From: Ministeria vibrans ATCC 50519
Lineage: Eukaryota > Protista > Filasterea
NCBI GenBank assembly: GCA_943704425.1
Contig: CALSCP010002820.1
Span: 1 to 42,127, forward strand
Reading direction: 5' to 3'
Length of the DNA stretch: 42,127 nt
Made by a program: the position numbers and the translations under genes. Below are positions 27,020 to 36,000 of the stretch, piece by piece. Position 1 is the first letter of the stretch. The number at the start of each line of letters is the position of its first letter. Under the pieces are notes generated by a model. That model worked only from the letters and a program-made list of their open reading frames with translations. It was not told where the DNA came from and searched no databases.

Positions 27020-28184
27020 ATGGCAGCTAGTGGCACGCCCTTCAGTGACCGTAAGTAAGAACGTCGGTTCATTCCAACGGACACTACTGTGTCTTGCACA
27101 GTTCAAACGATGGCGTCTGGTGAGCCTCTTTGCATGTCTCACTGCTCCGCCAGTCAGCTGTCCCGAGGCAGGCAGGCAGCAAGCATTAGTCATCGCTTGA
27201 GCGGTGAGTTGGTTTGGTCGGCGTTTGTCGACTCTCAAAGTGAGTGATAATTATCGAAGACCTCGAAACAGTACTCAGTTTGACATTCGCCTTTTGTACA
27301 TTAGAATTCGTACGTCATCTCGATTCGCACGTTTGTCCACTGCTCACCCTGTCTTTTGAACTTTTTAGAGTCGGCGTTTGATCAGGAGAACTCGACAAAA
27401 GAAAGTAAGAAGCCTCTTTGTTTTGAGTCTGAACTCATTTCTTCTCCTTTGTGCAGGCTCGAGTACTACCGCTCTTCTCTTCGAATGTGAGTTTTTTCCA
27501 ATATGACTTTGATTCTCGCATCGACAGACACCACAAAGGCGCTCGATAAGATCCAAGCAGGAATGGAGACGCTCCTGCAAGAGAAACGTTAGTCCCAGCC
27601 CCAAATCAGTAGTCTCTCACCCTGTTCTATTCTCACAGCCAAGACTGTCGCTCTGTCGGGTCTGTCGCAGGAAAAGCTCGTCTCGCGCCTATGCATTGCC
27701 GGTATTCGGCGGTCGGGTATTGAGGACGCCGATTCGACTATGGACGGTCTCGGCACACCCTATCGTTTCACCAGTACTGTCGATACGAAGTCGATACACG
27801 AGCAGCCGCGCTTTATCGAGCATTTGCAGTCCCCAGGTGAGCTTTTTTTGCTTCCCTGCTTGTCTCTTACTGTGTGTAGATCATCCCGCGCGACCCTTCG
27901 TGGAACGGACCCTTTGGCGTCACCTGTAATCACACCCTGCTCTCGGCGCCCCAGGTCCATCTAGATGGCCGGTACCACTGACGTCGCCTTCAGCCGGATA
28001 CTCCAGGGCGAGCGGTTTAAAGAGGCGTCGTGGCCCGACCTTGCTGCCATCGTCGAACTCAATGCGGTCGACTCGCGCGAACAACCGGTTTAAACAACCC
28101 TGACGAGTTTTTTGTCTCAGGTCCAGCGCGTGTGTGTGTGTCTGCGCCAACTTTGCCTCCAACTACGACTGCGCCGCCTTTCTG
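27020..28184 (+). pseudogene. Micro-exon gene with a decayed C-terminal PD-(D/E)xK (Crinkler REase-like) domain; exons 27020-27050, 27102-27119, 27180-27203, 27369-27404, 27457-27486, 27528-27587, 27639-27836, 27880-onward
   Basis: Seven GT-AG introns with strong donors (GTAAGT, GTGAGC, GTGAGT, GTAAGA, GTGAGT, GTTAGT, GTGAGC) give a stop-free 148-aa frame ending at 27929. Shifted frames downstream read NHTLLS...*MAGTTDVAF...AAIVELN (27965-28093). The exon-3 acceptor was chosen because it keeps the frame open. Confidence 0.6.
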
Positions 28185-28186
28185 TA

Positions 28187-29038
28187 CACTTGTTTGAGTG
28201 AATGGCTCTTCTCGGAATGTTTTCTTCGGCTCATGCGGGGGTGAAGCAGCCGATTAGATTGTCTTGTACAATAAAGCTTTTGCCCTAGGACTTCCAAAAA
28301 AAACACCTTCCAAAAAAAAACTCGTTGACCTTTTTGTACCGCATCCCGGTGGAATATTAAATGTAGGGTCACCGGTTTACCCCAAACACGTTTTCAAGCT
28401 TGATTAAATGAAAACCTGAAAAATAGTGGGGTTCAAATATCCAAACCTGAAGCAATTAAGCCGTGTATTGATTCACAATTGGTTTGCTTATTTCGCCGTA
28501 TCAAATGTTCCAACATGTTTGTGTGTTACGTCGTTGATATCATGTGAAATAACACATATATTATACACACGTGCAAATATTCCATACGGCGAAATTCAGT
28601 ACAAACTACAAATATGCGGTCTACTCGAACCTTGCGAGCGCTCTGACGAAGAAACACATGACGACGTTTGTCTGCGAATGCAGTAGCAGACGAACTGGTG
28701 AAAGAAGGTTGCCAGATGAAAGGCACAAGTATCTTCAGTTTGAGGACGCTGCAAGATGAGAGAAGAGAAGGGCAATATCAAGGTGTGAGATAGGCAGTGT
28801 GCAGATCGACCGTCAAACACTGGTGCCAAGGGACACGGACGAAGGCATATGACAGGCCTGGTACGCGCGACGCGAAGCGAGAGTAGCTCTCGGAATTTGT
28901 GAACAACGGCCCCTTTGTTTTTTGAAAGCCCTTAGGGCAAAAACGACAATCTACTTAGCCATCCAAAGCGGCTGTTTCACCCCCGCATGAGCCGAAGCGA
29001 ACATTCCGGAAGACTTGTATTATTCATCCAAGCAAGTG
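28187..29038. mobile_element. 852-bp non-autonomous DNA-transposon-like element with about 115-bp imperfect terminal inverted repeats, flanked by TA (Tc1/mariner-like or MITE)
   Basis: 28187-28300 aligns to the reverse complement of 28921-29038 (shared CACTTG.TTG..TGAAT, CGGAATGTT, CTTCGGCTCATGCGGGGGTGAA.CAGCCG, TAGATTGTC, TTTTGCCCTA). TA lies at 28185-28186 and 29039-29040. The interior is more AT-rich than the flanking genes. Confidence 0.7.
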
Positions 29039-29101
29039 TATCTCTCAGCAGCCGATGACGCCTCCTGATTTTTGGAAGTTCTAAGTAGCCAGGGGGACTT
29101 C

Positions 29102-29102
<1 letters not shown>

Positions 29103-29155
<53 letters not shown>
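29103..29155 (+). repeat. Poly(A) tract, 53 nt
   Basis: Direct observation. Confidence 0.95.
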
Positions 29156-29156
<1 letters not shown>

Positions 29157-29183
29157 GTAACAAAACGAAAAGAGTATCAGTAC

Positions 29184-29380
29184 CTTCTCAGAATGGCTTG
29201 GTCGGTGGTCCAGGTAAGCGGAAGCAAGAAGAACAACTGTCTCTGCTGCATGTCGTCCCTTCTGCCGTCGTCGACATCCGCAGACTTCATCAGACGCACA
29301 AACGATTCCACATGCTCCGCCGTCAGCTGCTTCTCCTTTGTCATCCCTCGTATTCTCTTGGCCAATGCATCCAGTTCCAT
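29184..29380 (-). CDS. Orphan first coding exon resembling a TFIIS N-terminal (PNUTS/SETD2-type) helical domain; no recognisable downstream exons
   Basis: MELDALAKRIRG...EHVESFVRLMKS...RQLFFLLPLTWTTDQAILRR ends at an AG|GTACTG donor. A probable 5'-UTR intron lies upstream (GTAAGC donor near 29492). The resemblance is by eye only. Confidence 0.4.
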
Positions 29381-29628
29381 GGCGCCGAATATACCCCTAC
29401 CCTCAAGAAATTAGAAAAAAGAAGAAAAAAAAATGAAAAAAATGAATTAAATTTTTTGTTTTGAATAAACTTAACGTCTTGAAGGTGCTTACCTTCGCCG
29501 ACCCTTCACTCGCTCAATAAATCCATGCGTAGTACAACTTTTAAACTCCCCTCCCCAAGAATCAAGGATCAACTGAACATTTTTATCTCAGAATAGATTG
29601 CGTTTGTAACAAGCATAACTTTGTTTGT

Positions 29629-30149
29629 TTACTTCTTGGCCTGCTTTCCTTTGTCCTCCTTCAGACCCACAATCTGGTTGAACACCATGCGTTCGGGCGT
29701 GGTGAGGGAGTCAACGGTAAAGAAGCCGGTGCGCTCAAACTGAAAGCGATCGAGCACGGCCGCCTTGGTCAGGTAGCGGTCGGCGAGCGCCTGCTCGTGC
29801 AACACCATGGCGTTGGGGTTGATGTCGGAAAGCCATCCCTCGGGCACGCTCTCCTTGTCTTCCGGGAACTTGTGCAGGAAAAGCACGTTGATCATGCGCA
29901 CGGTCACTTCGCAAGGATTGCTCACCCAGTGCACAAATGCCTAAGTTGAACGAGTGGGCGTTGAGTAAAAAGCGTACATGACACACACGCGACGCATACC
30001 TTGGGCTTGTTCTCAGGGGTAGCAACGGCATGCGAGCACACAAGCTCAGTAATTTCACCAGACGCAGAGCGCTCGACCTTCTCGACAGTCAGGACGAGTC
30101 CAGCGTAGCTACAAGAGAATGTGTAAACACACACAAAAGACACACGGAA

Positions 30150-30189
<40 letters not shown>

Positions 30190-31414
30190 TCACATACACA
30201 TACACACACAAAGACAAAAAAAGACACGCAACACATTTGGTTATAAAGAAGTTTGTTCGTACCGAAGACCAACCGACTGATTGGGCGTGAGTCGACGGTA
30301 GCCCTTCTCAGGCGCGTCGCTAAAGTCAGTGCGCTCAATGTACAGCGGATTGGAGAGGGTAATCTACAACGATAAAAAGGGTCAGTGAGGACGAAAGTGA
30401 AAGGGCAAAAAAGGAACCTCGTGCGTGTCCAGGTCAGTGTCCGAGTCGGGCAGATTGCGCACAGTGAGAGTAGATGGTCCCGAAAGCGCATTCGACAGAG
30501 TGATCTTGAGCGGATCGAGAACAACCTACACCACATACCCCATGTGCTTGAGTGGGTCTATCTCATACAAGCAAACAACATACCATGGTGCGGGCTGCGG
30601 TGGGGTTAAGGTACTCGCGTGCCGATGCCTCCAGCTGCGCCGGTTCGACCGATACACTCTGTTCGGTGATACCGACCTTCTCCACAAAAGCTACAAACCA
30701 ATAAAAAAAAAATCAATGAATCGTATAGCTCTCGATGTGCAGAGATCCCGCGTACCGTTGATGGCCTCGGGCGGGAATCCCCTGCGTCGCAGTCCCATGA
30801 GAGTGTGCAGTCGCGGGTCGTCCCAGTCGCTCACCACACCCTCAACAATCAGTTTCTGTTCGAAATAAGAATGTGAGTGTGTGTCAGTCTCTCAAACTCT
30901 CTTGAGCACATACAGCGAAAAAAAAAAAAAGATCTGACCTGGATTTTGCGCTTGCTAAGCAAAGTGTGCTGGATGCTCAGTCGACCGTACTCCCACTGGA
31001 CCGGACAGTAGATCTGCAAATTTCCCCATTCTCATTAAGCGTCTTTCGTTCTTTTTCCTCTCTGTCACTTTGCTGCTCGTACGTTCAGGTGATTGCAGAG
31101 CCAGTAGTATGTGGGTCGGCGGATTTGGAATTCCTTAGTGCACAGCGAGTGGGTGATGTCCTCGAGAGAATCGACAAGGCAGTGCGAATAGTCGTACGTT
31201 GGATACACACACCTAAAACACAGAGATGAAACGGAGAGAGAAATAAATCAGTAACAGCAAAAAGTGACAAAAATTATGCTTATAAATGTCAAAATGAGTA
31301 CCATTTGTCACCAGACTTGAAGTGATGGCAGAACTTGATGCGATAGGCAATGGGGTCACGCTTGCCATCGGCCATGGTGTGTTTGAGACGCAGAGTCGCA
31401 ACGCCCTCGTCCAC
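29629..31414 (-). CDS. QARS1: Glutaminyl-tRNA synthetase, C-terminal half only; exons 31414-31302, 31212-31083, 31013-30939, 30855-30756, 30690-30584, 30525-30418, 30363-30263, 30108-30000, 29940-29629
   Basis: Spliced [11 protein letters not shown]...DPIAYRIK...[31 protein letters not shown]...QWEYGRL...LLSKRKI...[21 protein letters not shown]...KPKAFVHWVS...FQFERTGFF. No disablements are visible, but the HIGH-containing N-terminal half is absent. Confidence 0.93.
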
Positions 31415-31469
31415 CTACACATACCACTGGATTAGACTGAGAAAGCGGGAAAGAAAGAGAGAGAGAGAG

Positions 31470-31733
31470 AGAGGAGGGAGAAAGAAACAAAGTGATAGAG
31501 AGAAAGGAGGGAGAAAGAAACAAAGTGATAGAGAGAGGGGAGGGAGAAAGAAACAAAGTGATAGAGAGAGAGGAGGGAGAAAGAAACAAAGTGATAGAGA
31601 GAGGGGAGGGAGAAAGAAACAAAGTGATAGAGAGAGGGGAGGGAGAAAGAAACAAAATGATAGAGAGGAAGGAGAAAGAAACAAAGTGATAGAGGGAAAT
31701 GAGGGAGAAAAAAACAAAGTAATAGAGAGAGAG
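31470..31733. repeat. 33-bp purine/pyrimidine-biased minisatellite, about 8 copies
   Basis: Unit approximately GAGAGAGGAGGGAGAAAGAAACAAAGTGATAGA. AGTGATAG recurs at 31491, 31524, 31557, 31590 and 31623, with variants at about 31656, 31685 and 31718. Confidence 0.95.
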
Positions 31734-31738
31734 CACAC

Positions 31739-32894
31739 CTCGTCGGCAATGAGCAGCACATTGTGCTTGCGGCAAATCTCATGGGCGCGCGCCATGTAGC
31801 CCACCTGCGGCACGACGACGCCCGCCTCACCCTGGATTGGTTCCACGTAGAACGCAACTGTCGTCGGGTTGGCCGTCAGATGCGCATCAAGGGCGTCCAA
31901 GTCGTTGTACCTAAATGTACCGTGTATCAGCGCACAAAGGCGTTTCAAAAAGTGTGTGTACGGGATAATGTCAAAGCCAGGCATGTACGGCCCAAAAGCA
32001 TCGCGGCACTCTGGGTCAGTGGACGACGAAATCGCCGCCATGGAGCGCCCCCAGAAGTTATTGGCAGCAAATGTCACCTGCGGGTCGTGAGAGTGAGTCG
32101 GATTGCAAAAGAAATTTCACGCGGTTTGGCGTCGTACTCTCGCACTGTTGTCTGGGATTCCCTTCTTCTCGTAGCCCCAGCGTCGCGCCAGTTTGATGGC
32201 AGTATCACCCGCTTCAACACCCGTGTTCATGGGCAAAACCTACGACGGAGATACAATTGAGAAGACGGTCTAAGTAACGGGCGCCTTACTTTGTCGTAGC
32301 CAAACATCTCTGTGATGTACTTGGCAAACACAGCGAGTTTGTCGTTGTGGAAGGCGCGCGATGTCAGCGTGAGGGTCGCCGCCTGGTCTTGGATCTTCTT
32401 CACGAGGCGCGGGTGGCAATGGCCCTGGTTCACGGCGGAGTAGGCCGACAGAAAGTCAAAGTAGCGCTTGTTGTCGACGTCGTACATGAAACAGCCTACA
32501 GGATGTCAGAGACGGAATGAGCCGCAAGGAGGCCCTGGTCAGTTGAATCTTCAAGCATAGGTATGGTCATGCAGGGAGTAGCACGTCGCATCGAAGCACA
32601 ATGGCGGAAACTCGGGCGAGATCGCGCGCAATGCGTGAGATGCCCTGTCAATCATGTATGTATGTCATGTACCTTCTCCGCGTGACAGCACAACGGGCAG
32701 ACACTGGTAGTTGTGGGCACCATACTTCATTTCCTGATCGATGATCGCTGTGGCCTTGTTCGACAGGCATCGTGAGCCCAAGCGTCCTATTGAGAGAGAC
32801 AGAGAGAGTCAGTTACGTTTTTTTCTTCTTCTTTTTTTTTTTTTCACACTTCCTCCCAGCGCGCCTTACCAACTTGAAGCGATTGACGAAGCAT
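31739..32894 (-). CDS. OAT: Ornithine aminotransferase, N-terminal part only; exons 32894-32870, 32786-32673, 32495-32290, 32239-32138, 32077-31962, 31910-31739
   Basis: Mitochondrial-type leader [17 protein letters not shown], then [60 protein letters not shown] and LLIADE. It stops just before the expected (V/I)QTGL and lacks the PLP-binding Lys region. Confidence 0.93.
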
Positions 32895-33076
32895 TTTTAG
32901 TATCAAAAGGAAATGTCAAAGTCGAAGATGAACAAAAAATTAATGTAATAATAATGTTGAATAATTTGTAAGAACAAAGAGGTAAGTTGACTAACTCATC
33001 CCGCGGTTGCATCTTTCTTCCCACCGCAATACGCCATCCCATCCGCGACTGATTTTTTATTTTTATTCTTTTCTTA
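32895..33076. promoter_or_regulatory. Putative bidirectional promoter (OAT / VPS13 paralog)
   Basis: 182 bp of AT-rich DNA separates the divergent start codons. Confidence 0.55.
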
Positions 33077-36000
33077 ATGTTTGAAAGCCTGGTGTGCGGC
33101 CTGCTGGAGAGCCGCATTGGCTCGTTCGTTCATTTAGACTTGAAGTCCTTCTCCATCGCTGTGTGGAAAGGCGACGTGGAACTGACCAATCTCCAACTGA
33201 AACCCGACGCTCTCAGTGAATTGCTCCCTCTCAATGTCGTGCGGGGCACCATCGGGACCCTGCGTCTCAAGATACCCTGGAGAAGCCTTGGAAGTCAGCC
33301 GGTCATTGTCGAAATCGACAACCTCTTCATTCTCACCGGTCCCAAACGCGACAGCGAGGTACAGCCCCGTCGCCCCGCCCCCCGCCCGACCCTCTGCAGA
33401 CTATCTCTCTTACCGCTCCTCCTTCCGTTCTTAGTTTGACGTGGCGACGGAACGCGCCAAAGCACAAAAGACAAAACGCGACCAGTTGGAACAGTTAGAG
33501 GCAGTGCGTCTGTCGCTGATGGAAGCCGACGACGCCAATGGCTCGTCCAAGGACGCCACCTCCTCCCTGCTCAACTCTCCACTCGTCATGAAGATCCTCC
33601 GCAACCTCCAATTTTGCATTCGCTCCATACACATTCGCTACGAAGACACCCTTCTCACTCCACAGGTTCTCCCTGAAACACACACACGCACATGTCAACT
33701 CTCTTTTCTCTCTCTCATTCTATCACTTTGTTTCTTTCCCCCCTCTTTTCTCTCTTTCACACACACATACACACACACACTCACACTCACTCACTCTCTC
33801 CCCCCTTTCTCTTTTCTATGCCCAGAATCCCTTTGCCGTCGGCCTCACTCTTTCGCACGTGTCTGCCCAGACTGTCGATGAACAGGGCAACCGGACGTTT
33901 GTCTCCAATGACGCCCCTGTCATGCTCAAAGCGTGCAAAATTGGCCATCTTGCCGTCTACTGGCACCCCAACGTTTCGCCCGAGGGTCGTCTTGCTCAGT
34001 TGCCTGCCGACGTGTGCTTTCTTCGCATGTCACAACTTATCGCTTCGTCCCCTTCGGACCTACTCGCTTCCGCTGCCACTGTAACTCCCCTGTGGCAATC
34101 GGTCCTCTCACCGCACTACATTGTGGAGCCCGTCACCGCTTCCGCTCACCTCAATCTCATTCAGGGCTCTCCGCTGCCCCTCGACCGTCCTCAGGCACTG
34201 GTGGAACTCACCATCGAGCGCGTTTCACTGTGTCTCGACAAAAACCAGTACGACGGTGCGCTCATGCTTGTCGATGCCATCGATCATCAACGTCGACGTC
34301 TTGCTCATTTCGTCTTGCGTCCCTCCATGCCCATTGCCAAAGGTCACGCCGCGCGTCTTTGGTGGTCCTATGCGGCCGCAGTGCTCACAAAAGACGTCAA
34401 GAGGCGTCGCAAAGAGTCCTCGTGGGCTCACATGTCGCGTGTGTGCGCCGCACGCCATCGATACGTCGCGCTCTATGGGTCTCTTTTGGAGATGGAGCGA
34501 TCGAAAAAGAAGAAAAAGTCCCTGGAGACGATGCAAACGGATCTTGACAAGCTCGAAGACACACTCGAGTTTGATCAAATTCGCATCTTCCGCGGCCTTG
34601 CCCTCGTACACACCAACCGCAAGCTCGCCAACGGACCGCTCGTTGTTAAGGTCGCGTCCAAGCCCGTCGTCGACACCGCACCCACCGCCCCTGCCACCAC
34701 GTCGACGTGGACCTCGTATTTCTCTGGGTGGCTCTCGTCCTCGAAACCATCCTCTTCTTCTACATCAACGACGGCATCCTCACCCCCACCACCAACACCT
34801 GCTGTAGCAACAGCTACTGCTGCAGTTCCCCTTGACTCACCCTCCTCCAATATGTCACTCACTGTCGAACAGCGACAGGCACTCTCGGACGCCTTGGCAC
34901 GCGAGGAAAAGTCCATTGCCAGCATCGATGCCAGCAAACTTCCGCTTGACTATGTCCAGTGGCAATTTAAAGCGCGCCTCAACGAGGGCCACGTTGCTCT
35001 TTTTCACGCATCTTCATCTGCCTCCCGTCGACTCCTTGCCGATCTCTTTTTCTCGCCCGTCACGTGTACTTTGCAGTCTCGACCCCGCAACCGTGCTCTC
35101 GCGGTCACCGCCTCGCTAGGCTCGCTCGCTCTCTCTTCTCGTCGCGAACCTACGGACTCGACCATGTGCAAGCTCTTGCGCCCCTGTAGCGACGCTGCCA
35201 ACATTGACACCAATCCCTTGCTCTTCTTCAGTTTCGATAGCGCTCCTGTCGATGGTCGTGCCGACCGTGCCGTCGAAGTGCGACTTGGCGCCGTCCACTA
35301 CGAACACTCGTCGGCCTTTGTTGACGCTCTCGTCGATCTCTTTGCACTCCCCGAACAACTCGCCGAAGTCAAGCGGCTGCAAGAGCGGGCGCAGCAGCGT
35401 CTCGATGCGCTTCGACAGCGTGCCGTTGGTCAACTCAATACACTTCAGTCGACGGGAACGCGTCAAAACCTCGACCTGCGCATTCAAGTGCTCTCCCCCG
35501 AGATTATCTTGCTCGAACAGCACCGAGCACCTGCAACCGCCGTCTCTCATCAACACAGCGCACCACAAGTCCGCCATGCGCTTGTGCTCAACCTGGGCGA
35601 TCTGCGTGCTCGTTTTGGCACCGCACCTACCACCGCCCACGCCAATGATGAGCCTAGTAGAAGCGATAGTCCGACCTCCGCCTCTTCAACATTGCGTGGA
35701 CAGCTTGCAAAGTGTGTACCCGAAGACACCGTCTCGTACCACAGCTACTTCTTTGCCCTCACCGAACTTGGCGCATCCATCGTCAAGGTGGATCCTGTAC
35801 TACTCGAACCCGTCGCAGAATCGGCATCAGTCGTGCTTGAGCCGGTTGCCATTGGCCTGCGTATTGACACGAGCCGCGTACCACACGACCTTGCCATCGA
35901 GCGTGTGCGCATTGCCGCTTTTTGCGAATCCATCGACGTGTCCATTTCACGACAACAAATTCCCACCCTCATCCGATGTGTGCCTCACGGTCGTGACGCC

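Noticed and set aside
27962-27964. In-frame TAG as evidence of an alternative genetic code or readthrough
   Set aside because: The long conserved genes have no in-frame stops, TAG terminates the TBC gene, and the nearby frameshifts indicate decay.
28187-28300. Repeat arm as an snRNA, tRNA or 5S gene, or as a Helitron end
   Set aside because: No U1/U2/U4/U5/U6 signature, cloverleaf or A/B boxes are recognisable. The paired inverted, TA-flanked layout fits terminal inverted repeats better.
29072-29464. Poly-Lys ORF, or poly(A) as a retroposon tail
   Set aside because: The ORF is just the translated A-run, and no target-site duplication or reverse-transcriptase remnant is evident.
31470-31733. 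CRISPR-like periodicity
   Set aside because: The units are head-to-tail with no unique spacers, the context is eukaryotic and there are no cas genes.
31350-31857. ORFs with 11-aa repeats ([11 protein letters not shown] and others)
   Set aside because: They are translations of the 33-bp intronic minisatellite.
32540-32660. TPP riboswitch in the OAT intron
   Set aside because: The conserved CUGAGA and ACCUGAU cores are not present on the sense strand.
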